Source of the DNA: Ignavibacteria bacterium
GTDB lineage: Bacteria > Elusimicrobiota > Endomicrobiia > PHAN01
Length of the DNA stretch: 48,876 nt
Assembly: GCA_041694835.1 (NCBI GenBank)
Contig: JBGFRZ010000012.1
Location: forward strand, 1 to 48,876
Direction of reading: 5' to 3'
Shown: positions 8,826 through 19,202 of the stretch, in pieces
Position numbering within the stretch: position 1 is the first letter of the stretch
How the letters are laid out: the number at the start of each line of letters is the position of its first letter
The notes under the pieces: generated by a model
The model's input: the letters and a program-made list of their open reading frames with translations, nothing else
What the model was told of the DNA's origin: nothing
Database searches by the model: none
Position numbers and translations under genes: made by a program

Positions 8826-9818
8826 TTACTTACCACTTACCTTTCTATATATCTCCGGTAGTTTTTCTATCAAAGCATAAAGTCTCATGGCCTTCATATG
8901 TGGCCGCGCCGGATACCCTGAAACGACTTCATTTGGTTTTACATCTCCGATGACACCGGCCTGCGCCCCTATAATCGCTCCGTCGCCTATGTTAAGATGC
9001 CCGGAAATTCCCACCTGACCGGCCATCGTAACGCCATCCCCAACGCTCGTCGAGCCCGCTATCCCCGTCTGAGACGCTATAAGGCAATTTTTTCCTATTT
9101 TTACATTGTGGGCTATCTGAACGAGATTGTCTATTTTCGTGCCATTTCCTATTTCAGTTGTTCCGAGTGTCGCTTTGTCTATCGACGTGTTCGAGCCGAT
9201 CTCGACATCATCGCCTATTTTTACGATACCTACCTGAGGAATCTTTTTATTCAAGGGGCCGGATTTAATATAACCAAATCCGTCGGAACCTATAACGCTG
9301 CCGGAGTGAATCATTACCCTGTCGCCTATGACGCATCTGTCATAAACAACGACTGACGGGAAAAACCGGCATTCTTTGCCTATGGACGATGCCGTTCCTA
9401 TATAACAGCCGGCCATTATAGAGGTGTCGTCGCCGACGGACACACCGTCGCATATTACGGCATAGGCTCCGATTGAGACGTTTTTACCGAGTTTTGCGTC
9501 CTTTGATATCGCCGCCGATGGATGTATGCCGGATGTTCTCTCTTCTTTTTCGTCGGATATTATTTCAAGTATTTTTATGAAAGATTCAAGCGGGTTTTTA
9601 ACGATTATAAAGTTTTTTTGCGTTCCGTACTTTTTTTCGGCGACTATGCACCCGGCATGGGTCGTCTCGACGAATTTCTCAAACCTGGGGTGGGAAATAA
9701 ACGTTATGTCGGAAGGGCCGGCATCCTTAATGGGCGAGGCGCCCGTAATCAACGCGTTCGGATTTCCGAACAATTCTCCGTCTATTACTCTTGTTATCTC
9801 CGAAAGTTTCAGTTTCAT
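8826..9818 (-). CDS. lpxD: UDP-3-O-acylglucosamine N-acyltransferase
   Basis: GSDGFGY, KIPQVG, KIDNLVQIAHN, GQVG; ATG at 9818. Confidence 0.95.
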   Translation of the reverse strand: MKLKLSEITRVIDGELFGNPNALITGASPIKDAGPSDITFISHPRFEKFVETTHAGCIVAEKKYGTQKNFIIVKNPLESFIKILEIISDEKEERTSGIHPSAAISKDAKLGKNVSIGAYAVICDGVSVGDDTSIMAGCYIGTASSIGKECRFFPSVVVYDRCVIGDRVMIHSGSVIGSDGFGYIKSGPLNKKIPQVGIVKIGDDVEIGSNTSIDKATLGTTEIGNGTKIDNLVQIAHNVKIGKNCLIASQTGIAGSTSVGDGVTMAGQVGISGHLNIGDGAIIGAQAGVIGDVKPNEVVSGYPARPHMKAMRLYALIEKLPEIYRKVSGK

Positions 9819-9838
9819 TTTATCTGCGGCCAAGGCGG

Positions 9839-9904
9839 CTTATTTTATCCTCGAAAAATCTTCGGCTATTTTAGCCTCGAAGAATCTTCGGCTATTTTAG
9901 CCTC
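9839..9904. repeat. 26-bp tandem duplication across the skp stop codon
   Basis: TATTTTAKCCTCGAARAATCTTCGGC x2 plus a partial third copy. Confidence 0.75.
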
Positions 9905-10518
9905 TCAACGACTTTGTGCGTTATGTCATAACCGGGCGGGCCGTAAAGTATGTAGTTCTTATCGATGATCAAGCTCAGTTCGTCTTCTTTAGCTATCGCT
10001 TCAAGAACTCTATATATTTGCTCAAGAACGTCTGAAACTTCAGCCTTTTCGAACTCGGCCATTTCTGATGCCATCTTTTCGCGGATTTCTTGTAAATCCT
10101 TCTCAAGATTATTAACAGAGTCAGCGATGAGCTTTTTTGTTAACTCCTTTTCATAAGCACCCGACAACGAAGTATCGGCCGTTTCTGTCCCGGTAGAAGC
10201 CGCAACCGCGGGACGGCTTTTTATCTTTTCTATCTCTTTTGAAATATTTTCGAACTCTTCCTTTTTAGACTCTATGGCGGCTGTAATCGACGAAATTTTT
10301 ACATCGTAATTTTTCTTCAATTCATTGTAGGCTTCCATCATTTTCGACTTCTGTGGACTAACGTTGTAAACAAGTTCCATATCAACGTATGCGATATTCG
10401 TCATTTTTCCCTCTTTGACATCAAGAGGAATTTCTACGGCGTGAAGAGAGATTAGAGTATAGAGTTGGGAGATTAGTAAAATACCAAAAAGTGCGAGATA
10501 TTTTTTGCTTAACACCAT
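9892..10518 (-). CDS. skp: Skp/OmpH periplasmic chaperone
   Basis: Signal peptide, IAYVDM, coiled coil, ILYG..DIT..V; lies between bamA and lpxD. Confidence 0.82.
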   Translation of the reverse strand: MVLSKKYLALFGILLISQLYTLISLHAVEIPLDVKEGKMTNIAYVDMELVYNVSPQKSKMMEAYNELKKNYDVKISSITAAIESKKEEFENISKEIEKIKSRPAVAASTGTETADTSLSGAYEKELTKKLIADSVNNLEKDLQEIREKMASEMAEFEKAEVSDVLEQIYRVLEAIAKEDELSLIIDKNYILYGPPGYDITHKVVERLK

Positions 10519-10535
10519 CTTTAGCCCCACCTAAA

Positions 10536-12773
10536 TCAAAACATCTGTCCCAATGTGAAGTAAAACTGACTCGGCTCCGCAACGCCAGGTTTGTGGTTAA
10601 GACCATAACCCCAGTCAAGTCTTATTGGAAATACCGGAGTTGTAAACCTTATACCAAATCCAACACCTGATTTTAAATCAAAGTCACCGGTGCCAGTTCT
10701 CAGACTTATATCGCCTATGTTATGCCACGAACCGCCAATATCGTAAAATAAAGCGCCCTGCAAAATCGACCTGTTTTTTTCCTGAACTATCGGGAATTTA
10801 TACTCGAAGTTTAAGACCATCATCGTTCTGCCGCCTGCAGCGGGTCCTATTTCGCCCCTGTATCTGTAACCCCTTACAGTCTCAGCGCCTCCGACATAAA
10901 ATCTTTCATATATCGGCACGTCGGTGGACGGAGCAAAAGCAGCCGTCCATCCAAATTGGAAATTCGCCGATAGCACAAACTTCCAGAATGTCGGGATAAA
11001 CCACGACGAACGGGCTATCGTTTTTAGAAAGTTTACATCGCCGCCAAGAAGTCCGCCGGCGTACTGTAAGCTCAGCGAGTTTCTCGAACCCCTTGATGCA
11101 TCGAATATATTATCGCGAGTGTCCCTTATAACCTGACTCGACAAACTTGAAGTCACATTTCTCGAAGGTATGATTTCTCTTACAATATTTGGGTGGATGT
11201 GAAAAATCTTTATCTCTTCGTAAGAATACGAAAAAAGCAAACTTAAAATATCGCTTAGACGCGGTCCAACCCTGACGGTTCCACCTTTTCTCGACTCTTT
11301 GTACGCATTGTAAATGGCGCCATAATCCCTATTTCTTTCTGTATTGAATACGTCTATTCCGAAGCTCATGGGTCTGTCCAGAAACCACGGCTCTGTCCAC
11401 GATATCTCATAACTCTGTTTCCTGGCGCCAAATTCCCACATGAGGTTAAGACGTTGGGCCCGGCCGAGAAGGTTTATGTGTTGAACCTGAAGTGTTCCGA
11501 CAAGCTGGTCAACCGTAGAGTAACCAGCGCCGGCGGAAAGTATGCCCGGCTTCCCCTCGGCGACGTTCAAAACGAGATCGACTTCGTTCTCCTTTGGGGT
11601 CGGCCTGATCTCGGGCTCGACATATTCTATAAACCCAAGGTTGTAAATCTTCTCGAGGCTTCTCCTCAAAACACCCGCTCTGAAAACCTTCCCCTCCTTC
11701 AAGACGACTTCTCTTCTTATCACCTTCTCCTTGGTATAATTTAATCCGATTATATCAACGTAACCGAGATAAAAAACGGGACCTTCTTCTATGTCGAAAA
11801 TAACATTCATAACCTCCGCTTCTTTGTTTTTCTCATAATGAGGTTCTATCGATGCCCTCAGATAGCCCTTGTCCGAGTATAGCTGGGCCAAGTTGGACAA
11901 GGATTCCTTGAATTTTTCATCGTTGTAATGCCGGTTTTTCACGAGCGTTATCTGTTTTTTGAGCTCAGCATTAGAATATGCGGTGTTGCCCTCGAAAGTT
12001 ATCTCTCCTACTTTGTACCTTACGCCTTCCGAAATTATCAGAAGTATCTGCATTTTCGTCCTTGCTTCGTCGAAGACTATCTCCGGGCGCGATATGGCGA
12101 TTTCCTGATATCCCTTGTTTTTATAAAAATTCCCTATCTCTTTTATATCGTTATCCATTGTTTCTTGCTTGAAAACCTTCTTTTTTTTGGTCTTCATCAG
12201 GGACATTATCTTTTTCCCGCTGAAAGCTTTTGTGCCCCTTATGGAGACATCCGCTATCAGTATTTTATTGCCTTCCGTTATAAGAAAATTAATAGATACC
12301 CGGTTTTTTTCGTCAATAGACGAGAGTGTTTCTACGGAACAGTCGGCGTAACCCTCGTCTCTATATAATGAGAGTATTTTGCTCTCTGACTCCATAATGG
12401 AGAGCTTGTCAAGAAATGTCTTTTCCTGAATTGTTATCTCGTCTTTAAGTCTTCCTTTAGAGAATCTTTTGTTCCCGCGAAACTCTATCTTTTTTACGAA
12501 AGACTTTTCTTTAACGCTTACATTGAGAATGTAAGACGCCGTGTCGAACGAAATTTCAACGTCCTCAAAATGGCCCATGGAGACTATGCTTTCTATGTCG
12601 CCTTTCACCTTCTCAGGAACGTACTTCACGCCCTTCCTCAGTTTCATCTGCGAAAGAACGTTTTTTTCTTTTACATTGACGATTCCATCAAAGACAACCT
12701 TAGAAATGTTCTGCGCCATCAATATCGGAGCGATCGAAAATAATATAAAAAAAAGCGAAAAAGTTTTCTTCAT
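10536..12773 (-). CDS. bamA: Outer membrane protein assembly factor BamA
   Basis: Five POTRA-like repeats, VRGY motif, GFGIRF..P..PIRLDWG, terminal Phe. Confidence 0.95.
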   Translation of the reverse strand: MKKTFSLFFILFSIAPILMAQNISKVVFDGIVNVKEKNVLSQMKLRKGVKYVPEKVKGDIESIVSMGHFEDVEISFDTASYILNVSVKEKSFVKKIEFRGNKRFSKGRLKDEITIQEKTFLDKLSIMESESKILSLYRDEGYADCSVETLSSIDEKNRVSINFLITEGNKILIADVSIRGTKAFSGKKIMSLMKTKKKKVFKQETMDNDIKEIGNFYKNKGYQEIAISRPEIVFDEARTKMQILLIISEGVRYKVGEITFEGNTAYSNAELKKQITLVKNRHYNDEKFKESLSNLAQLYSDKGYLRASIEPHYEKNKEAEVMNVIFDIEEGPVFYLGYVDIIGLNYTKEKVIRREVVLKEGKVFRAGVLRRSLEKIYNLGFIEYVEPEIRPTPKENEVDLVLNVAEGKPGILSAGAGYSTVDQLVGTLQVQHINLLGRAQRLNLMWEFGARKQSYEISWTEPWFLDRPMSFGIDVFNTERNRDYGAIYNAYKESRKGGTVRVGPRLSDILSLLFSYSYEEIKIFHIHPNIVREIIPSRNVTSSLSSQVIRDTRDNIFDASRGSRNSLSLQYAGGLLGGDVNFLKTIARSSWFIPTFWKFVLSANFQFGWTAAFAPSTDVPIYERFYVGGAETVRGYRYRGEIGPAAGGRTMMVLNFEYKFPIVQEKNRSILQGALFYDIGGSWHNIGDISLRTGTGDFDLKSGVGFGIRFTTPVFPIRLDWGYGLNHKPGVAEPSQFYFTLGQMF

Positions 12774-12813
12774 ACCATGATAACCCTCTGAAAAATTCAG
12801 ATAAATTTAATTT

Positions 12814-12843
12814 ATTCTACTATATTTATGAAATTAAAAGCAA
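12814..12843 (-). promoter_or_regulatory. Putative sigma70 promoter of the bamA-lpx operon
   Basis: TTGCTT-N18-TAGAAT on the minus strand, upstream of bamA. Confidence 0.45.
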
Positions 12844-12859
12844 ATTTAGGCGGAATAGA

Positions 12860-13834
12860 TTAAGGGAGTCTTGAAAAAAATTCTGCATATTTGGAGAGAA
12901 AGTTGCTGCGGGAGTTTTCGATTGCTTTACTAAAAGCCGCTTTTGCCTCATTTCTCATCCCCCTCTTGTCAAGAATGATGCCGAGAAAAAAATAGGAAAG
13001 CGCGGGTTCCTTGTTTTTGTCGAGCAAGATTTTGAAAATCTTTTCCGCTTCGGTCAACTGGTTGTTTTTATAGTAGGACATCCCGATGTAAATATACGCT
13101 TCTGCCTTTTCCGGAAAAAACCTTACGCATCCGGAAAACGCCTCTATCGACTTATCGAACGCCCTTTTACTGTAATAGAGTTTTCCAAGCTGCATATATC
13201 CTTCGTAATTGGGCATCTCCTCAAGAGCTTTTTTTAACATCAGTTCGGCCAAATTTATCTCCCCTGTATTCTCATAGCAAAATGATATTTTTTGAAATAT
13301 TTCTGGCGAAGGGCCGATGAAAACCGCTCTTTCATAATAATCCAATGCCCGTCTGTATAATCCCCTTTTTTTATGTATATCCCCAAGGCTTTCAAGGGCA
13401 TCCCTGTCTCGGGCTATCTTGATTATCTCTTCGTATTCGCTTACAGCATGTTCATAGAGATCAGCAGCAGAATAATAGCTTCCCAACTTTTTTCTCAGAG
13501 AAATATTTTGGGGGTTTAGTCTCAGTGCGTCTTTAAGAATATCTATCGATTTCGCCGTGTTACCGAGAACAAAATATGTCTCAGCGGCTTTTTCCGAGGC
13601 CGTTAAATATTGTTTTGGGGAATTTGCCCCGTCAAGTACGCGCAAATAATAATTCAAAGCGTCCTGAAGCCGACCGTCATTTGAATAAATATCCCCCAAC
13701 TTTAAATATATTTCGTTTCTCTTTAAATCAGGGATATTTCCGGAAAGCCGCGACTGCAGTTCATCGGCGGTTTCGGCAAAAAGCGGAAACGCGACAAGAA
13801 TTAAAAACAAAATGGAAATTACCTGAATTCGCAT
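12860..13834 (-). CDS. Exported tetratricopeptide-repeat protein
   Basis: Signal peptide plus multiple TPR-like units. Confidence 0.82.
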   Translation of the reverse strand: MRIQVISILFLILVAFPLFAETADELQSRLSGNIPDLKRNEIYLKLGDIYSNDGRLQDALNYYLRVLDGANSPKQYLTASEKAAETYFVLGNTAKSIDILKDALRLNPQNISLRKKLGSYYSAADLYEHAVSEYEEIIKIARDRDALESLGDIHKKRGLYRRALDYYERAVFIGPSPEIFQKISFCYENTGEINLAELMLKKALEEMPNYEGYMQLGKLYYSKRAFDKSIEAFSGCVRFFPEKAEAYIYIGMSYYKNNQLTEAEKIFKILLDKNKEPALSYFFLGIILDKRGMRNEAKAAFSKAIENSRSNFLSKYAEFFSRLP

Positions 13835-13840
13835 AAAAAT

Positions 13841-14797
13841 CTATCTGAAAAATGTTTTTTCGATTATGAATTTTTTTATTTCGTCAATTCTTTTGTTCGC
13901 CTCGACTATCCCGGCATTGATACACTCACCCCCCCTCGAAAGATCTACGGCAGATACATCCTTGACATCCGGGGATATGACGATATCGGCTTTTTTCAAA
14001 GATGCATTTTCAAGGAGCGACCCCTGTATGTAAATCGCCTGGATGAGAATTTTAAAAACATTGTCCACGACGTTTTTCGTAAAATCCGAACGGGCCGTAA
14101 AAACGATAACGATGTCCGCACCCATGCTTTTTGCAATATCAACGGGGATATTGTCGACAAGCCCACCATCGACAAGCAACCTGTGGCGAAAGGAAACCGG
14201 TTCAAACAGTCCCGGTATTGTCGCGCTTGCCCTGACAGCCATAGCGACATCGCCCTCGGTAAAAATTATCTTTTCGCCGGAAGTTATGTCAACAGCCACG
14301 CATGCAAACTTTCTTTTTAACTCGTAAAAACTTTTGTTCCCAAGATAAAGTCTCAGATATCTTTCCATTTTTTCGGTCGAAAGGAGCTTCTGACTCAGAA
14401 TAAGATTAAGCATTGAGGGTTTGCTGATATCCACAAGTTTGTTCCATCCCATATCTGTCGACATATATTCAAGTTTTTCGAGCGGGACACCGTCGGCGTA
14501 AAGGGCGCCGATTATCGAACCCACGCTTGCGCCCACCACTATATCTATTGGAACTTTATTTTCCTCAAAAACCCTTAACGCCCCTATGTATGAAAATCCC
14601 CTCGCTCCGCCGCCGGAAAAGACAAGAGCGATTTTTGGACGAGATTCTTTCGGCATGTTTACGACTTCCTGCCATAGAAAATCGAGAAGTATCTTCTCTT
14701 CGATATTTCCAGCTTCAGATTCCCGGGCACAGATTTTTTGGGGAGATGCGACAAGGAAAAGCAACAAACAAAACATTAAAACATTGCGTATCATCAC
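13841..14797 (-). CDS. Patatin-like phospholipase
   Basis: GGGARG, GASVG (GxSxG) and DGG motifs; signal peptide. Confidence 0.88.
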   Translation of the reverse strand: MMIRNVLMFCLLLFLVASPQKICARESEAGNIEEKILLDFLWQEVVNMPKESRPKIALVFSGGGARGFSYIGALRVFEENKVPIDIVVGASVGSIIGALYADGVPLEKLEYMSTDMGWNKLVDISKPSMLNLILSQKLLSTEKMERYLRLYLGNKSFYELKRKFACVAVDITSGEKIIFTEGDVAMAVRASATIPGLFEPVSFRHRLLVDGGLVDNIPVDIAKSMGADIVIVFTARSDFTKNVVDNVFKILIQAIYIQGSLLENASLKKADIVISPDVKDVSAVDLSRGGECINAGIVEANKRIDEIKKFIIEKTFFR

Positions 14798-15996
14798 AGT
14801 TCTTTGCCGACGGCTTTTTCCAGTTGTATATAGCTCAATGCAACGTCAAGCTTCGACTCTAAAAGATTATTTTTGGCGGCAAATATTTTTTTTCTATCCG
14901 CACCCTGAGCGATAAATCGTTCCAGATTCTCGCTGTCAAATTTTAATTTTTCCTTTGATACTTCATAAGCGAGATAAGATCTTCTGACATCGAGAGCTAT
15001 CGTATCATCTATAATTGTCTTCCGAAGACCGCTTTGCTTAAGGTGAGATTTTTTTGCCGAAAGACGAGCCCACGATGCCCATCCATCGAAAATAGGTAAA
15101 TTGAGATTTATATAAACAGCCCAGTTTTTGGTGCCCTTCGAGAGATTTATTTCCGGCAATTCGTAAGTTCCCCCAAGCGTTATGGTGGGATATTTTTCCG
15201 TCTGAAGAAGCGAAACGGAAAGAGAATCTATGGTCTCTTGTATGGCTACCGCGTTCAATTCTTTTCTGTACTGATAAGATATAGCAAAGAGTTTGTTTAT
15301 ATCGAAGGATTTCAATTCAATTTCAATACTTCCCGTCACATCGAAATCCGTGTTCAATTCAATACCCAATTTTGACAGAAAGTTCAACCGAGCGATCTCC
15401 AGGAGTATTTTTGCATTATATCTCTCCCTATTCAACTCAACAACCCAATCATTATATCTCGGAACTTTTTGTTTTGCGATGGCTTTTATTTCATCATCCC
15501 ATAATCTGTATTTTTCTTTCGCGTATAGAAGATTGTAGTAGACCTTTTTCACTTCATACTTCACCATGGCAACCACTATATCCCTGTTTGCCTCGGAAGC
15601 CTGAAGATTGGTTTTGGCAAGCTTAAAATTCGACGTATATCTTCCACCCGCATATAGATACTGCAAAATTGAAAATCTTGCCGCATAGTTTGAAGAGAGC
15701 CCCCCCTTTTTGGGGTAATAAACTGAGCCCAGATAATCGGAAAGCATGAAAGGAGACATCGTTTCATACTGAGAAGCATTAAAATTGAAATCGATTTTGG
15801 GGAAGTTAAGCGCCCGAGTTTCCATTATCCTCGCTTTTGCTATCTCGACATCTTCATTCGCAACCAGAATCTGCTGGTTGTTTTTCATCGCATAAAATAT
15901 GGAGTCGTTCAGGCCGAAAGTTCTTGAGCTCTGAGCGAATAGATAATTGATAAAACAAAACAGCGGGAAAAATAAAACAACAAATTTTATAATCAT
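14794..15996 (-). CDS. TolC-family outer membrane protein
   Basis: Signal peptide, two OEP repeats (FPKIDF, YPTITL, LPIFDG), C-terminal LEKAVG. Confidence 0.8.
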   Translation of the reverse strand: MIIKFVVLFFPLFCFINYLFAQSSRTFGLNDSIFYAMKNNQQILVANEDVEIAKARIMETRALNFPKIDFNFNASQYETMSPFMLSDYLGSVYYPKKGGLSSNYAARFSILQYLYAGGRYTSNFKLAKTNLQASEANRDIVVAMVKYEVKKVYYNLLYAKEKYRLWDDEIKAIAKQKVPRYNDWVVELNRERYNAKILLEIARLNFLSKLGIELNTDFDVTGSIEIELKSFDINKLFAISYQYRKELNAVAIQETIDSLSVSLLQTEKYPTITLGGTYELPEINLSKGTKNWAVYINLNLPIFDGWASWARLSAKKSHLKQSGLRKTIIDDTIALDVRRSYLAYEVSKEKLKFDSENLERFIAQGADRKKIFAAKNNLLESKLDVALSYIQLEKAVGKEL

Positions 15997-17321
15997 GTTT
16001 TTGCCTTTGCAATCTGCTTTCCGACGGACAAGCGGGAAGTTCCACCGAGAGATTTTTTTGATTCTATAACATTTTTTATATTCAGTCGGTTATGGATGTC
16101 GCTTTTGAAGTACCCGGAAAACTTTTTATACTCTGAAAGTTTTAGTTCAGAGAGATTTTTTTTGTTTTTTATCGCGTGCTCGACTATTTTTTTGGTTATT
16201 CCGTGAGCGGTTCTAAACGGGAGACCTTTTTTCGTCAGATAATCAGCCACCTCTGTAGCCAGGATGTAGTCATTTTTGAATGCCTCTTCCATTTTTTCGT
16301 GATTCAATTTCAATGACGATATTATTTCCGAAAGCACCGCTAAAACATCCTTCAGTGTGTCTGCTGTGTCAAAAAGCGGAATTTGAGCCTCTTGAAGGTC
16401 GCGGTTGTATGAAAGCGGCAAACCTTTTAAAATCGTCAAAATCGAAGTGAGATTCCCGTAGATTCTGCCTGTTTTTCCTCTAATAATCTCCAAGAAATCG
16501 GGATTTCTCTTCTGAGGCATTATGGAAGAGCCGCTCGTGAATTGAGCGGCAATTTTTACAAAATCAAACTCGTCCGACGACCAAATAATCAAATCCTCCG
16601 CTAACCTTGAAGTGTGGAGCATCAAAATAGCAGCCGAGGCGATAAATTCGGTTGCAAAATCTCTGTCGCTTACCGAATCGATTGAATTTTCCGAAACCCT
16701 CGCAAATCCCATAAGTTTCGCTGAAATCCCTCTATCTATCGGAAAGGAAGTCCCGGCAAGCGCGGCTGAGCCCAACGGCGATTCGTCCAAATTGTCATAG
16801 CAGTTTTTGAATCTTTTTATATCTCTTTCAAACATCTGAAAATAAGCCATCATGTGATGAGAGAATAAAATCGGTTGCGCCTGTTTAAGATGAGTGTAGC
16901 CGGGCATAATAGCGTCGATGTTGTTCCTGGCGACTTTTAAAATTGCTCTCTGAACGGATAAAAGCGACGACACTATGTTTTTTATTTCATCTTTAAGATA
17001 CAATTTCAGGTCAGTTGCGACCTGGTCGTTTCTGCTTCTTGCGGCATGCATTTTTCCTCCGACAACGCCTATTCTTTTTATGAGTTCTTTTTCTACGGCG
17101 TAGTGAACATCTTCCGCGGAAGGCAATGACTTTCCTCTTTTCAAATCGTCCGCTATTGCTCCAAGTCCTTTTATAATTTTTTTTGCGTCACCGTCGGAAA
17201 TTATACGGCACTTGCTCAACATTTTTACATGAGCCAGAGCGCCCGCTATGTCATAGGGCGCAAGCCGTTTGTCAAAATCAAACGATGAAATAAAGTTTTG
17301 TTTTCTTAAATTTCTGTTCAT
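15993..17321 (-). CDS. argH: Argininosuccinate lyase
   Basis: RSRNDQVATD, PGYTHL, GSSIMPQKRNPD, YNRDLQE. Confidence 0.95.
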   Translation of the reverse strand: MNRNLRKQNFISSFDFDKRLAPYDIAGALAHVKMLSKCRIISDGDAKKIIKGLGAIADDLKRGKSLPSAEDVHYAVEKELIKRIGVVGGKMHAARSRNDQVATDLKLYLKDEIKNIVSSLLSVQRAILKVARNNIDAIMPGYTHLKQAQPILFSHHMMAYFQMFERDIKRFKNCYDNLDESPLGSAALAGTSFPIDRGISAKLMGFARVSENSIDSVSDRDFATEFIASAAILMLHTSRLAEDLIIWSSDEFDFVKIAAQFTSGSSIMPQKRNPDFLEIIRGKTGRIYGNLTSILTILKGLPLSYNRDLQEAQIPLFDTADTLKDVLAVLSEIISSLKLNHEKMEEAFKNDYILATEVADYLTKKGLPFRTAHGITKKIVEHAIKNKKNLSELKLSEYKKFSGYFKSDIHNRLNIKNVIESKKSLGGTSRLSVGKQIAKAKT

Positions 17322-17679
17322 CAGATTGTCTCCAAGTCATTCAAGGCGGTGTCAGGTTTTTCGCCGCAGATAAACATCGCGGATTGACACTGTTCGCCGA
17401 CGATATTTTTTTGTTTCATCATTCCTTGTAAAATCAAATTCTTCACTGATTTTTTCTGGTATCACGGATATATTCATAATCCCTTCTCTTTTTAATTGAA
17501 ACACATTATTCAACTTTCACTGGTTTTACCAACAATATCCCGCCGCAACACAAAATTTCACTCTACTTAAACTATAGAATTTAAGACCAAGCCAAGCAAC
17601 GGTCAAGTCGGAAGTTGTAGCGTTTATAGCCGTGACAAAGGGCGGGCACCCTTAAATTAGGTCGATTCGCAAATGAACA

Positions 17680-17976
17680 TTAAAGTCGCCCCGACGAGCA
17701 TGTGTCAAAAAACAACGTTTTCACGCATTTTTCAGGATTAATTGCAATATTTCTACAATAGAATCGACCGTGATTTTTTTCAAAGCGTATAAAATTCCAA
17801 TTTTTTTGCCCGGAGAATTCCTTGAAGACCGCACAGGTTTCATCTGTTGACCCATCATCAACTATGAACGCTTCATAGTCAGTGAATGTTTGCAATGATA
17901 AACTTTTCAGACATTGACGTAAAAATCGCGCTCTATTATATGTGGGTATGATTACACTGAATAGTGGAGGATTCAT
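17680..17976 (-). pseudogene. Truncated GT2 glycosyltransferase
   Basis: FSVIIPTYNRA...VDDGSTD N-terminus; the fold breaks off after RNIAI (~17742), before the DXD motif. Confidence 0.75.
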
Positions 17977-19003
17977 ATTTTTGTGCCAATAATAAGATAA
18001 AACAACCTTTGTCTCTGCGACGGAGATGTCTAACTAATAAGTAAACCACACCGACACTTACAGGGAACACTACCATATAATATAGAAATTTCACAAATTC
18101 CATAATATTATTTTTGAATTTTTCATTAAGGAGCAACTTTTTTACAAACGTAATTTTTTTGTTTCCGGATGAGTAATAAGTTCTCAATGGCATGGTTCTT
18201 AAATCATGTATCTTTTTTTGTGGGAATAAAACTTTCTTTATCAAGGCAAGAAGATTAACTGTAAAAAAATAAAACAAATTTTCATAGAAAGATTTTAGCG
18301 GGTATATTGTTGTTGTCGCTGCTATAATTCTAAATCCATTTCTTTGTAAAAAATTGAACAAAGGTTTAACACCCCACCTGGTAAAATGAAACGGCGGATA
18401 ATCTATAATTCCAGATGCTGTAGATAATAGACGATTAGCATTAGGAACATCTAATATGATATATCCATCAGGCTCTAAAATATTTCTTACTGAACGGATA
18501 AATTCAAATGGATTTTCAACATGTTCAAGTACTTCCAAAAAGGCCACTACATCAAACTTATTGTTTTTATTTTCCGTGAAGAATTTTTCAAAACTCTTTT
18601 GTTTTACATATTCCTGACCCACTTTTTTAGCAGCAATACCTATTCTTTCTTTGTCAAAATCTATACCGTAAACATCATAACCCATTTTTTTTGCTTCCAT
18701 TAAAAAATTACCACAGCCACAACCCAATTCCAATAACTTCAATATTTTTTTCTTTTTTTCCTGATAGATTTTCTTCAGTAAGTCTATTCTATATTTTGAT
18801 ATTATATTCGTTTTGTTTTCCCCACCCCCCCATAATTTATTAAATTTTTCATACCATTCATGTCCGGGATTTTCCATCGGGTTGGAGAATTGAACTTCAC
18901 AGATAGGGCAGAGGTAGATTTTATATTGCTGACCTTCAATTGGGTCAATATGTGTTTCAATTAACTTTGGTTTAATTTCTTCCTGACATACAGGGCATTT
19001 CAT
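17936..19003 (-). CDS. Class I SAM-dependent methyltransferase with N-terminal CxxC..CxxC
   Basis: LELGCGCG, FDVV, EVLEHV, VPN, PPFH; markedly AT-rich. Confidence 0.85.
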   Translation of the reverse strand: MKCPVCQEEIKPKLIETHIDPIEGQQYKIYLCPICEVQFSNPMENPGHEWYEKFNKLWGGGENKTNIISKYRIDLLKKIYQEKKKKILKLLELGCGCGNFLMEAKKMGYDVYGIDFDKERIGIAAKKVGQEYVKQKSFEKFFTENKNNKFDVVAFLEVLEHVENPFEFIRSVRNILEPDGYIILDVPNANRLLSTASGIIDYPPFHFTRWGVKPLFNFLQRNGFRIIAATTTIYPLKSFYENLFYFFTVNLLALIKKVLFPQKKIHDLRTMPLRTYYSSGNKKITFVKKLLLNEKFKNNIMEFVKFLYYMVVFPVSVGVVYLLVRHLRRRDKGCFILLLAQKYESSTIQCNHTHI

Positions 19004-19128
19004 TTTAAAAATGTTCCTTTTGCCTGTCTAAATAAATTATTGGATAAATGTTGGACATAATCAGGTGCTCTCCTGCCAAACTCTTTTCTGTTTTATTCTG
19101 TCGTTTATTGAGTTCATTAGACATTTTT

Positions 19129-19156
19129 ATTGTAACAAAAAAACATATTTTTTCAA
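19129..19156 (-). promoter_or_regulatory. Putative sigma70 promoter for the methyltransferase
   Basis: TTGAAA-N16-TACAAT on the minus strand. Confidence 0.45.
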
Positions 19157-19202
19157 ATGAACCGAATCAAATCATTTAAGCCAAGCGGGGAAGTGTTTTT
19201 CG

